Shown: positions 20,634-30,670, counted from the first letter of the stretch. The stretch: 64,000 bases of DNA from Candidatus Omnitrophota bacterium (GCA_041661605.1 JBAZUE010000001.1:159467-223466), one strand, 5' to 3'. The notes: generated by a model not told the origin, from the letters alone. Program-made: numbers and translations.

Positions 20634-21939
20634 ACAGGATAGTATCAGGAAAAAGATATTAAAGCAGGTAAAGGAATATTTTGCTTGTCAGAAGAAGGAA
20701 GAGTTTGTTTGTGGGCAAACGCGTATTCCTTATGCCGGCAGAATTTATGATGAAAGGGAATTGGTTGCTTTAGTGGATGCTTCGCTTGACTTTTGGCTTA
20801 CCGCAGGCAGGTATGCGGATAAGTTTGAGAAGAGTTTTGCCGCTTTCTTAGGAGTAAAATACTGCCTTTTGACAAATTCCGGTTCTTCGGCAAATCTTTT
20901 GGCGGTTTCAGCCTTGACCTCACCCTTATTAAAGAGCAGGCAATTAAAACCGGGGGATGAAGTTATCACTATCGCCTGTGGCTTTCCTACCACATTGAAC
21001 CCGATTTTGCAGAATAAACTTGTGCCTGTGTTTGTGGATGTAGAATTGGAGACATATAATATACAAGTTGAAAAGATAGAAAAGGCCATTACTAAAAGGA
21101 CAAAAGCTATATTTATCGCGCATACATTGGGAAACCCGGCAAATTTAGAAAAAATTATGAGAGTTGTAAGGAAACACGGCCTTTGGTTGTGCGAAGATAA
21201 CTGCGATAGCTTAGGTTCAAAATATAAAGGTAAATATACCGGTTCCTTTGGAGATATTTCTACTTGTAGTTTTTTCCCTGCCCATCATATCACTATGGGG
21301 GAAGGCGGGGCAGTCTTGACCAACAACCCGCTGTTAAAAAGGATAATAACCTCTTTTCGCGACTGGGGAAGGGATTGTTACTGTGATTCCGGAAGGGAGA
21401 ATGCTTGCGGAAACCGATTCTCTCAAAAGTTCGCAGGGCTGCCATACGGGTATGATCACAAATATGTTTATTCTCATATAGGATATAACCTTAAGATTAC
21501 TGATATGCAGGCTGCCATAGGGACAGCACAGCTGGAGAAATTGCCCGGATTTATCTCGGCACGGAAGAAGAATTTCTCAATTCTGAAGGGGGCGCTAAAG
21601 AAATATACTAAATACTTAATTTTACCCGAGGCTACCAAAAAATCAGATCCCAGCTGGTTTGGTTTCCCGATTTTAGTGAGAAAAGACGCGCCTTTTACCA
21701 GAAATGATATTATTAACTGCCTTGAAAAGAATAAAATTTCCACCAGGATGCTTTTTGGCGGGAACCTGACTAAGCAGCCGGCATATAAGGATGAGAAATA
21801 CAGGATATCCGGAGATCTGAAAAACACTGATTTAGTTATGAATAATCTTTTTTGGATAGGGGTATATCCGGGTATTGATAAAAGGCGCTTAAAGTATATT
21901 TGCGCCAGTTTTGATAATTTCTTTAGGAAGAATAAATGA
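20626..21939 (+). CDS. rfbH: CDP-6-deoxy-L-threo-D-glycero-4-hexulose 3-dehydrase (E1), RfbH/DdhC
   Basis: 437 aa. LTNSGSSANLLA, ITIACGFPTT, FFPAHHITMGEGG (His in place of the aminotransferase Lys) and FRDWGRDCYC are hallmark RfbH features. Confidence 0.9.
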   Translation: MHKQDSIRKKILKQVKEYFACQKKEEFVCGQTRIPYAGRIYDERELVALVDASLDFWLTAGRYADKFEKSFAAFLGVKYCLLTNSGSSANLLAVSALTSPLLKSRQLKPGDEVITIACGFPTTLNPILQNKLVPVFVDVELETYNIQVEKIEKAITKRTKAIFIAHTLGNPANLEKIMRVVRKHGLWLCEDNCDSLGSKYKGKYTGSFGDISTCSFFPAHHITMGEGGAVLTNNPLLKRIITSFRDWGRDCYCDSGRENACGNRFSQKFAGLPYGYDHKYVYSHIGYNLKITDMQAAIGTAQLEKLPGFISARKKNFSILKGALKKYTKYLILPEATKKSDPSWFGFPILVRKDAPFTRNDIINCLEKNKISTRMLFGGNLTKQPAYKDEKYRISGDLKNTDLVMNNLFWIGVYPGIDKRRLKYICASFDNFFRKNK

Positions 21940-23474
21940 TTTTAATTAACACATCCTCTAAGGATGCTTTAAAAATCTTTCAGCCCTTTTTGCCTGTATC
22001 TGTCCCTATAGGAATAGGCTGCCTTGCTGCTTTTGCACTGCGGGAGAAAATTAATGTAAAGATTATTGATGAGCAGGTAGAAGATAATGTTTTGGAGCTT
22101 GTTTCCGAATATGTAAAAGATTTGCCTCATCCGTATATCTTTGGGTTCAGCGTGTTGACGGCAGGATATAAGAGCGCGATTTTACTTTCGGAGAAACTAA
22201 AAAGGATTTATCCGGATTCAGTAATTGTGTTTGGCGGGATTCATTCGAGCGCCTGTCCTGATGATATTTTATCGTATAGGCATATAGATGCTGTTATAAG
22301 AGGGGAAGGAGAGAAGGCACTGGTTGAATTTTATAGATGTGTTAAAGAAGGAAAAGAATTTACACATTTGGACGGTTTATCTTATAGAAAGAACGGAGTT
22401 ATAACGCATAATAAGATAGCTTTAGAAGCGGTTAGTTTAAATGAGATGCCCGCTTTTCCGTATTATCTTTTTAAATCTAAGCGTTATGATCTTAGTTTTG
22501 TGGTTGGCTCCCGCGGTTGTCCTTATAGATGCATATTTTGCAGTAATAGGGTAACTACCGGGAAGAAGTACAGGTATGCTTCAACAAAAAGCATAATCCA
22601 GGATTTAGGCTGGGTTTACAACCAGTATTTAGCCAAAAATCCGGGAAAAGGCAACGTGCAGTTTCTTGACGATAACCTATTGGTGAATAAAGAAAGAATC
22701 TATGAGCTTATAGATCAAATAAAAATACAAGGTTTTGATAAGAAAATGACTTTTAGTTTTCAGGCCAGAGGAGATAATGTAAATTATAAGTTATTGCAAG
22801 ACCTGTATGAGGCGGGATTTAAAAGTGTTTTCTTCGGTTTAGAAACTGCCTCAGAGAGGATTATGAAGATTATTAAGAAGGATGAAACAGTAGCTAAATG
22901 CGTAGAAGCTGTAAAGATGGCCAAGCAAATAGGTTTTTATGTAAGCGCTACTTTCATTTATGGGCTTCCGGGTGATTCGCATAAGGATAGAATTGATTGT
23001 TTGAGATTAAGCAAAGAATTGAAATTAGATATGGTGCGGTATAATAATGCTACCCCTTATCCTGGTACAGAATTATACGAAATAGCTAAAAGTGAAAATC
23101 GCATCAGAATAGAGGGGTTATTTGAAAACTTTATTTCAGTTTCTACTTTTATTGAGAGCCCTTTTCGCCCGATCCCTTTCTCATACGTTCCGGCCGGCAG
23201 TTCTGAAAACGAGATCAGGAATGATTTGCTCTATAGTTATTTTGTTTTTTACCTTGATTTTAATAAACTTAAGCAAATATTTACTGATCCAAATAAAGGA
23301 GCGGGCTGGTTTAATGCCGGAGAAACAACAATAAATTTAATTAAGAAGTTTCCTGCTTTGCTGCTATTAGGCGTAAATATATCCATAAAATTTTATAAAT
23401 TACTACTTAGCATGCTGATCGATAAGATTGTAATAAAATTCAGGCCAAGGGAGGGGATGATTAATGCCAGATAA
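21936..23474 (+). CDS. Class-B (B12-binding-domain) radical SAM protein
   Basis: B12-type N-domain (IFGFSVLTAGY...VFGGIHSS). CxxxCxxC motif GSRGCPYRCIFC. Overlaps rfbH by 4 nt. Confidence 0.85.
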   Translation: MILINTSSKDALKIFQPFLPVSVPIGIGCLAAFALREKINVKIIDEQVEDNVLELVSEYVKDLPHPYIFGFSVLTAGYKSAILLSEKLKRIYPDSVIVFGGIHSSACPDDILSYRHIDAVIRGEGEKALVEFYRCVKEGKEFTHLDGLSYRKNGVITHNKIALEAVSLNEMPAFPYYLFKSKRYDLSFVVGSRGCPYRCIFCSNRVTTGKKYRYASTKSIIQDLGWVYNQYLAKNPGKGNVQFLDDNLLVNKERIYELIDQIKIQGFDKKMTFSFQARGDNVNYKLLQDLYEAGFKSVFFGLETASERIMKIIKKDETVAKCVEAVKMAKQIGFYVSATFIYGLPGDSHKDRIDCLRLSKELKLDMVRYNNATPYPGTELYEIAKSENRIRIEGLFENFISVSTFIESPFRPIPFSYVPAGSSENEIRNDLLYSYFVFYLDFNKLKQIFTDPNKGAGWFNAGETTINLIKKFPALLLLGVNISIKFYKLLLSMLIDKIVIKFRPREGMINAR

Positions 23475-24405
23475 GAGCACGAAATTTTCTATAGTTACTC
23501 CTTGTTATAATGAAGAAGAAAATGTGGAGTTGCTTTATAATAAAGTAAAAGAAGTATTCAGCCAGCTGGGGGAAAACGATTACGAGCATATTTTTATAGA
23601 TAACGCGTCAACGGATAATACGGTAAAAATATTAAAATCAATAGCCCGGGAAGATAAAAACCTGAAGATTATCGTAAATTCGAGGAATTTTGGCCATATA
23701 AGATCGCCTTTTTACGGTTTACTGCAAGGAAGCGGAGATGCGGTAATTTTCTTGGCCTCTGATTTACAGGATCCTCCGGGAATGATAAAAGATTTTATAT
23801 TAAAATGGAAAGAGGGATATAAAATTGTATTGGGCGTAAAAAAAGAAAGCAAGGAGTCAAGATGGATGTTTTCCGTAAGGAAATTATTCTATAATTTGAT
23901 AGGTGCTATTTCTGAAATAGACCATATTAAAAATTTTACAGGTTTTGGATTGTATGATAAGAAAATAATCCAAATTCTCAGGAATATCGATGATCCTTAT
24001 CCATATTTCAGGGGTTTAGTTTGCGATATTGGTTTTGAAATCTTTACCATTGAGTTTGTGCAGCCAGCACGTAAAAAAGGGATAACTAAGAATAATTTCT
24101 ATTCTTTGTATGATATGGCTATGTTAGGTATAACTAATCATTCAAAAGTTCCATTGCGCCTGGCTACTATGTTAGGGTTTCTCGCTGCGCTTAGCAGCTT
24201 CTTTGTCGCCGTGGTGTATTTAATATATAAGGTTATTTTCTGGCAAAGTTTTACCGTAGGTACCGCTCCTATAGTAATAGGGCTGTTCTTTTTTTCCGCG
24301 GTTCAACTTTTCTTCATTGGTATTATTGGTGAATATATCGGTTCTATACATACGCAAGTATTAAAGCGTCCTTTAGTAATTGAAAAGGAAAGAATAAATT
24401 TCTAA
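23464..24405 (+). CDS. GT2 polyprenyl-phosphate glycosyltransferase with C-terminal TM helices (ArnC/GtrB-like)
   Basis: FSIVTPCYNEEENV, IDNASTDNT and ASDLQDPP motifs. Two C-terminal hydrophobic helices, as in ArnC/GtrB. Confidence 0.8.
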   Translation: MPDKSTKFSIVTPCYNEEENVELLYNKVKEVFSQLGENDYEHIFIDNASTDNTVKILKSIAREDKNLKIIVNSRNFGHIRSPFYGLLQGSGDAVIFLASDLQDPPGMIKDFILKWKEGYKIVLGVKKESKESRWMFSVRKLFYNLIGAISEIDHIKNFTGFGLYDKKIIQILRNIDDPYPYFRGLVCDIGFEIFTIEFVQPARKKGITKNNFYSLYDMAMLGITNHSKVPLRLATMLGFLAALSSFFVAVVYLIYKVIFWQSFTVGTAPIVIGLFFFSAVQLFFIGIIGEYIGSIHTQVLKRPLVIEKERINF

Positions 24406-26484
24406 ATGATAAATTTTATAATAGAAGCCGTAATTGTAACGGCCAGTTCCTGGTTGTTAACAAGAAAATATTTTGGCATACGTTTATTAAGCGATGCAAT
24501 TTTAGTTTCGTTTATATTATTATTTGCCCAGATTGTTTTAGTAGAACTTTTGCTGGGTGTTGCCGGACAACTTTATTTCCTAAATGTCCTTTTAGCGCAC
24601 GCAGCTATCTTGCTAATAATTTATTTAATCTATTTTCGTAAGGAAGCGCCACCGCTTGAGAAACTAAACGTTGAGCCATTTATCAATAGCAATCTTCTGC
24701 TTCTTGCCGCCTCAATTTTCTTCTCCTTTTTTTTAGTAAAATTATTTAGCAATTTGATTAATCCTCCTTTAAGCCCTGACAGCCTGCAAGTGCATCTTGC
24801 TTTTCCCGCTACCTGGATTACAAATGGAAATCTGGATAATCCGATAAATATATTTGGTTCGTTGCCTATCCTGAAACCAGGAACATTGGAGACTTGTTCG
24901 TCTTCTTATTATCCCATCAATGCTCAATTGTTTTTTACATGGCTTATGCTGCCATTAAGGAATGCTTTCTTGGCGGATGCGGGGGAGGCTCCATTTTACA
25001 TTATCGGCATAGTGGCTGTATACGCAATATTAAGGAAGTATGATGTAAATAGGGTAATGGCTTTGTTGAGCGGTTTTCTTTGGGTGCTTATTCCAAGTAT
25101 CTTTAAGCAGCTTAGGACGGGTTCCTTAATTGACGTTATTTGCGCAGTGCTGTTTCTTTTAGTATTCAATGCTCTTTTATTGCTTAAACTGGATTTTTCT
25201 CTTAAAAATGCGGCCTTGTTTGGTATTGCAACCGGGCTTTTTGTCGGAACTAAGATTATTAACCTTGCATGGTTACTTGCGCTTGTGCCATTAGCCTGCT
25301 ACATATTATATAGAAAAGTAAAAGAAAGCAAATTTGAATTGAGCAAGGTACTTAGTATCTTAGCGGTTATTGTTTCAATGATTATTTTGTTTGGATGTTT
25401 CGTATATTTAAAAAATTATTTTATCCTTGGGAATCCTTTATTTCCTGTCGAGTTGAGAATTTTTGGTAAAACTATCTTCAAGGGGTTGCTTGACAACGCT
25501 GCATATAAATCTCAAGTTGCCGGTTGGAAATTAGATTTCATGAAAATGATTTTTAAGGAGGGGTTAGGTTTACAATTTATCGCTTTAATCCTGCCTTGCA
25601 CTTTTATCCCGGTAATCTTTTATAAATATCTAAAGGCCAAGGTTTTGTCTTTGGGCGGATATTTGTTGCTTTTTGCTACGCCATTTTTTATGCTTATCTT
25701 ATACAGCTTTTTTATAAATATATACACTTCGCGATATTTTTTCCCGTATTTAAGTTTTGGGTTATTAACTGCGGTAATTTTTATTACTAAATTACCGCGG
25801 GGAGATAAATATTTAGCCGCTATTTCATTTATATCTATTCTCAGCGCAGCTTTTGAATTAGCTAACCGGTATGAGTTGGTTTCTTCAATTTTACTTTCTT
25901 TAGCAGTTTTTATTTTATTATTTCTTTATAAGAAGCAAGTATCCATTTTTTATAGAAGTAAAAATTTTAGCAGGATTATGTTGGCGGTGTTATTGGCCGG
26001 GTTTTTATTTCTTACTTATCTGAATAATAGGTATGATAAAGAAGAATTTTCCCGCTATCCCTTGAGTTTTCCTAAGAGGGAGGCCTGGCAATCTGATATA
26101 GGAAGGGGCTGGAAGGCGCTTAATGAGCTGACTAAGGGGGGCTCGCGCATTGCCTATACGGGAAGAATGGAGTTTTATCCTTTATTCGGCTCGGGTCTTA
26201 AGAATACAGTAAAGTATGTTTCTATTAATGCAAAGGAAGTAACTGCTTATAATAAGCCTGACGGTCTATTCCGGAAAACCCGGGATTTTACGGCCTGGAG
26301 AGAAAATCTGAAAAAAGGAAGAATTGAATATTTGTTTATAGCGCTGCCTTTTTTTGATAATAGAGAGTCAGAGGATCCGAAAAAGTTTCCAATTGAAGAT
26401 GAATGGGCCGGCGCTCACCCGGATGATTTTGAGTTAATATTTAGTAATTCATTATCGCGAATATATAAGGTTTTGATCAAATAA
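24406..26484 (+). CDS. Large polytopic membrane protein, GT-C-like (paralogue of 28622..30670)
   Basis: 692 aa with many TM segments. First-loop motif NPPLSPDSLQVHLAFP and a soluble C-terminal domain. Start codon directly abuts the GT2 stop. Confidence 0.5.
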   Translation: MINFIIEAVIVTASSWLLTRKYFGIRLLSDAILVSFILLFAQIVLVELLLGVAGQLYFLNVLLAHAAILLIIYLIYFRKEAPPLEKLNVEPFINSNLLLLAASIFFSFFLVKLFSNLINPPLSPDSLQVHLAFPATWITNGNLDNPINIFGSLPILKPGTLETCSSSYYPINAQLFFTWLMLPLRNAFLADAGEAPFYIIGIVAVYAILRKYDVNRVMALLSGFLWVLIPSIFKQLRTGSLIDVICAVLFLLVFNALLLLKLDFSLKNAALFGIATGLFVGTKIINLAWLLALVPLACYILYRKVKESKFELSKVLSILAVIVSMIILFGCFVYLKNYFILGNPLFPVELRIFGKTIFKGLLDNAAYKSQVAGWKLDFMKMIFKEGLGLQFIALILPCTFIPVIFYKYLKAKVLSLGGYLLLFATPFFMLILYSFFINIYTSRYFFPYLSFGLLTAVIFITKLPRGDKYLAAISFISILSAAFELANRYELVSSILLSLAVFILLFLYKKQVSIFYRSKNFSRIMLAVLLAGFLFLTYLNNRYDKEEFSRYPLSFPKREAWQSDIGRGWKALNELTKGGSRIAYTGRMEFYPLFGSGLKNTVKYVSINAKEVTAYNKPDGLFRKTRDFTAWRENLKKGRIEYLFIALPFFDNRESEDPKKFPIEDEWAGAHPDDFELIFSNSLSRIYKVLIK

Positions 26485-26485
26485 G

Positions 26486-27202
26486 ATGAAAGAGATTAAA
26501 AATACAGGCGAAAGGATACTTTTAGAAAAGGAAACGCCTTTGATGATTGCGCGGCATTTTTGTGCCTATAAGTTCGCTAAGGGTTATATAACCGCAAAAG
26601 ATGTCCTGGATATAGGATGCGGGGAAGGGTATGGTTCTGATTTTATGGCCGGTTTCGCCAAAAGCGTATTGGGGATTGATTACGATAAGGATGCTGTTGG
26701 CTATGCGAAGAATAAATACCATAAAGCGGGGCTTGAATTCCTTCTTTTGGATATAAAAAACCTTGAGAGCTTGGGTAGAAGGTTTGATGTTATCTGTTCT
26801 TTTCAGAATATAGAACATATTCAGGATACGAAAAAGCTTTTAGAAGATATTTCAGGTTTATTAAACGATGGCGGAGTATTTATCTGTTCAACATGTAACA
26901 TGAAAGATGCTTCTCCGGGCAGGACCGCGCCGTTTAATAAGTTTCATGTTAAAGAATACCTTGCGGAAGAATTTGAGTCTATGTTAAAAAAGCATTTTAG
27001 TCAGGTGGAGATGGCTGGTTTAAACAGAGGGCTGGCTTTAAGGGCTTGCCGCAGGTTAAAGAAGATAGGCTTATTTAATTTCCTGCCGGCTAAACTGGAT
27101 CCAGTGAAAAGATTTTTCGCGGAAGCTGACTGCGGGTATTTCTCCTGGGTAAAAAATAACCTGGATAGCTGTTTGGATTTTATCGCTGTTTGCAGTAAAT
27201 AA
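26486..27202 (+). CDS. Class I SAM-dependent methyltransferase
   Basis: Motif I LDIGCGEGYGS, then DVICSFQNIEH and NDGG. Confidence 0.8.
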   Translation: MKEIKNTGERILLEKETPLMIARHFCAYKFAKGYITAKDVLDIGCGEGYGSDFMAGFAKSVLGIDYDKDAVGYAKNKYHKAGLEFLLLDIKNLESLGRRFDVICSFQNIEHIQDTKKLLEDISGLLNDGGVFICSTCNMKDASPGRTAPFNKFHVKEYLAEEFESMLKKHFSQVEMAGLNRGLALRACRRLKKIGLFNFLPAKLDPVKRFFAEADCGYFSWVKNNLDSCLDFIAVCSK

Positions 27203-27219
27203 AAAAGGATGCTGATTAG

Positions 27220-28617
27220 ATGAAGGTAGCGCTTGTATATCCTGCGTCTCAAGAGTTAAACCTTAAAGGTTATCCTTTGGGCCTAGGGTATTTATCCTCT
27301 TCTTTAAAAAGAAAGCATAAAGTGGATATCTATGATTATAACGGTTGCGAATTCAGGAAAAGCTTAAGTTCATTCTTTAGCTCTATTAAGCAAACCAAGC
27401 CGGATTTGGTAGGGGTGTCATTTAATTCATTCAACCGCTGGGGGGCTTATAAGACTATTAAGGGCTTAAAAAAGATCAGCAAGGATATTAAGGTTGTCCT
27501 GGGAGGGGTGCATCCTTCGACTATGTACGGCCAGATGTTTGAATATTTCTCCGACTATTTTGATTATATTATTCAGTCGGAAGGAGAGGAGTCCTTTTAT
27601 GAATTATGCAATGCTTTGGAAGCAGGGCAAGACTATAAAAATATCAGCGGGTTAGTTTATAAAGACGGCAATAACAGCTTTAAAGCCAATCCTGTTACGG
27701 AAAAGGTAGCTAACCTTGATGATTTAGCTATGCCGGATTATTCTTACGCCTCCAGAAAGATAAAGGAAACTGAATTTGCCTATCTCATTACTTCCCGCGG
27801 GTGCCCGGTTAATTGCTCGTTTTGTTCTACTTCTTCTTTTTGGGGACAGAATGTCAGGATGAATTCTCCACAAAGGGTAGGGGAAGAGGTGGATTATGTC
27901 AAAAGCCTGGGGGCAAAGAGGTTTTTCTTTTATGATGATACTTTTAATCTGGGGATTGACAGGACTATTAAGTTAGCTGAAATTTTAAAAGAAAAGAATA
28001 TAGAGTATTCAATCTCCTGCCGCGTCAGGCCGGTGAACGAAGAGATGATCGCCAAGTTAGTTGAATCCGGATGTAAGCATATAACCTGGGGGGTAGAAAG
28101 CCTGTCGGAAAAGATGCTTAAAGCCATTGAGAAAAAGATCACCCGGGATGATGTAAAGAATGCTTTTGATATCTGCGCGAAATATTCAGACAGGATGTCA
28201 ACAGGGGCATTCTTTTGCGTTGGGGCTCCGGGTGAGACGGATGAGACGATAAGAGAGTCGGTTGATTATCTAAATAAGAATATTAAATCAACCCACGGAC
28301 CGGGAGCTTCCATGCTTTATATACTTCCAGGGACCAAGATCTACCGGGATATGATTAAAAACAATGAATTTGATGAAAAAGTATGGGTGAAAACCGATTC
28401 GGTGTATTATTATACTAAAGAACATAATATCTCAACTTTAAATAGATGGCGTAAGGAGATTAACGGCAGCGGCATAAGGCTGCAGTTTAATTATAAATAT
28501 TTCTGGGACTATGCCATGGTTGAGAAAAAAGAAGAGGCCGGCCCGGCAAGAAAAGGTTTGCGCAAAAACCTCAAGAAAATAACCAGGTTTATGAATATGC
28601 TGCGTAACAGGTATTAA
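27220..28617 (+). CDS. Class-B (B12-binding-domain) radical SAM protein
   Basis: B12-type N-domain (LVGVSFNSF...VLGGVHPS). CxxxCxxC motif TSRGCPVNCSFC. Confidence 0.85.
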   Translation: MKVALVYPASQELNLKGYPLGLGYLSSSLKRKHKVDIYDYNGCEFRKSLSSFFSSIKQTKPDLVGVSFNSFNRWGAYKTIKGLKKISKDIKVVLGGVHPSTMYGQMFEYFSDYFDYIIQSEGEESFYELCNALEAGQDYKNISGLVYKDGNNSFKANPVTEKVANLDDLAMPDYSYASRKIKETEFAYLITSRGCPVNCSFCSTSSFWGQNVRMNSPQRVGEEVDYVKSLGAKRFFFYDDTFNLGIDRTIKLAEILKEKNIEYSISCRVRPVNEEMIAKLVESGCKHITWGVESLSEKMLKAIEKKITRDDVKNAFDICAKYSDRMSTGAFFCVGAPGETDETIRESVDYLNKNIKSTHGPGASMLYILPGTKIYRDMIKNNEFDEKVWVKTDSVYYYTKEHNISTLNRWRKEINGSGIRLQFNYKYFWDYAMVEKKEEAGPARKGLRKNLKKITRFMNMLRNRY

Positions 28618-28621
28618 TCCT

Positions 28622-30670
28622 ATGCTCAATTTTTTATTATTAAATATACTTGTTTTAACCAGCGCGTTTTTTATCGTATATAAAGCCTTGAGGATTGAAA
28701 GGACTGCTGATTCTATAATAGCCTTGTTTGTGGTTTATCTTTCTCAAATTGTATTTATTGAGCTTGTCTTGGGTTTATCGGGCGCGCTGTATCTAAAAAA
28801 TGTTATTTTATTAAGCCTGGCATCTTTTCTTACAGCGTATTTGCTGACAAGGAAGAAGGAATTTTGCTTCCCGGGGTTAAATTTTAGTTTATATCTTAAG
28901 AAACTGTTAAGCAGCAGGTTCCTTAGTTTTATTTTCTCCGCAGCCTTGGCATTTGCCATAGTAAAAATATTAATTAACCTTTTAAACCCTCCTTTTGGCT
29001 GGGATTCGCTTAACTATCATTTTACTTTTCCCGTAGAATGGCTAAAGAGCGGAAACCTCAATACTCCTATTGTCATATTTGATGACCCCAGCCCGACTTA
29101 TTATCCGCTTAACGGAAGTTTGTTTTACCTTTGGTTGATTTTACCCTTTAAGTCGGTATTCTTAGCTGATTTAGGCCAGGCTCCCTTTTTTGCAATCGCC
29201 TTAATTTCTGTTTATAGCATCGCGCGCAGGTTAGGTTTAAATAAAACAAATTCATTTTATAGCGCGGTATTATTTGCGCTCATCCCGAATTTCTTTAAGC
29301 AATTGCAAATAGGTTATGTTGATGTGATGGTCGGCGCTTTGTTCCTGGTATGCGTGAACTATTTACTTGCTCTAAGGAAGGATTTTAGCCTGCAGAATGT
29401 TTTGATCTATAGTTTAAGCCTTGGTTTATTGATAGGGACCAAAACCACGGCTTTACCTTTTAGCGTTTTATTGATAATTCCCTTTTCCTTAATGTACCTT
29501 AAGAATTATAGAAAGGTCAGCCTCGGATTAGTCTTTATTTTGTGCACTTTATTTTTTGGCGGTTTTAGCTATCTTAGGAATTTCATTGAAACCGGCAACC
29601 CTTTATATCCGTTAGATTTTAGTTTATTGAATATAAACATGTTTAAGGGGGTAATGGGCAAGTCTATCTATGCCTCGCATTTTAATGCCCGGGATTACTC
29701 TTTAGGGAAAACGTTATTTCACGAAGGCCTGGGAGCGCAAGCTTTATTATTTATCCTGCCGGGGATATTTTTATCGCTGCCGGTTGCTTTAATTAGAAGA
29801 AGAAAAGAACTGAGCTTTAATTTTGCCTATTTTCTGGCATTGCCTATTTTAATTTACTTTGTTTACCGATATATTATACCGCTTGCTAATGTAAGGTATT
29901 TATACGCGATGATGGGGTTAGGGATAGTGCTGGGTTTTTATGTATTTGATGTTTTGAGAATTAAGAAGGTATTGATAAGCTTATTAGTCCTTGTGTGCAT
30001 TTTTTCTTCCATCCCATCATTGGCTAAACGGCAGGAATTGGTTGCGGCATTAATTCTGACATTGGCGTTATTTTTGTTTTTAGCTAATTTAAAAAAGATA
30101 AGAGTACTCAGCAATAAAAAATTAATTTTAAGCATAATTGCTCTATCGGTATTTTGTTTACTTTTTTTGGGAGAAAAATATTATAAAAATAACGAGTTCC
30201 CGCGTTATTATAAAATGGTAAAATATTCCGGTTTCTGGCCTGATGCAGCTAAAGCTTGGAATTGGCTGAATAGTGAAACAACCGGAAATAATATTGCCTA
30301 TACCGGCAGGGCTGTGCCATTTCCGTTGTACGGAAGCGATTTTAAAAATAATGTATATTATGTTTCGGTAAATAAAATCCAGCCGGCAAAACTGCACTAT
30401 TTTAATAATAGTAAATATGAATATGCGGCTGGGTTTGAAAGCCTGCTTAAGACTATAGAGCAGGAAAATAATTACCGGGGTAATGCCGATTATAATATTT
30501 GGCAGGATAATCTATCAAAGGCCGGGACTGATTATCTTTTTGTTTATTCACTGCAGCAGACAAAGAGTACGATATTTCCGCTTGAAGACAGCTGGGCTTT
30601 GATAAATACGGATAAATTTAAACCGGTTTTTACTAACAGTACAATACATATCTATAAAATAATTAAATGA
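28622..30670 (+). CDS. Large polytopic membrane protein, GT-C-like (paralogue of 24406..26484)
   Basis: 682 aa, colinear with the 692-aa protein. Compare NPPFGWDSLNYHFTFP with NPPLSPDSLQVHLAFP, FLADLGQAPF with FLADAGEAPF, and the C-termini IHIYKIIK with RIYKVLIK. Confidence 0.5.
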   Translation: MLNFLLLNILVLTSAFFIVYKALRIERTADSIIALFVVYLSQIVFIELVLGLSGALYLKNVILLSLASFLTAYLLTRKKEFCFPGLNFSLYLKKLLSSRFLSFIFSAALAFAIVKILINLLNPPFGWDSLNYHFTFPVEWLKSGNLNTPIVIFDDPSPTYYPLNGSLFYLWLILPFKSVFLADLGQAPFFAIALISVYSIARRLGLNKTNSFYSAVLFALIPNFFKQLQIGYVDVMVGALFLVCVNYLLALRKDFSLQNVLIYSLSLGLLIGTKTTALPFSVLLIIPFSLMYLKNYRKVSLGLVFILCTLFFGGFSYLRNFIETGNPLYPLDFSLLNINMFKGVMGKSIYASHFNARDYSLGKTLFHEGLGAQALLFILPGIFLSLPVALIRRRKELSFNFAYFLALPILIYFVYRYIIPLANVRYLYAMMGLGIVLGFYVFDVLRIKKVLISLLVLVCIFSSIPSLAKRQELVAALILTLALFLFLANLKKIRVLSNKKLILSIIALSVFCLLFLGEKYYKNNEFPRYYKMVKYSGFWPDAAKAWNWLNSETTGNNIAYTGRAVPFPLYGSDFKNNVYYVSVNKIQPAKLHYFNNSKYEYAAGFESLLKTIEQENNYRGNADYNIWQDNLSKAGTDYLFVYSLQQTKSTIFPLEDSWALINTDKFKPVFTNSTIHIYKIIK

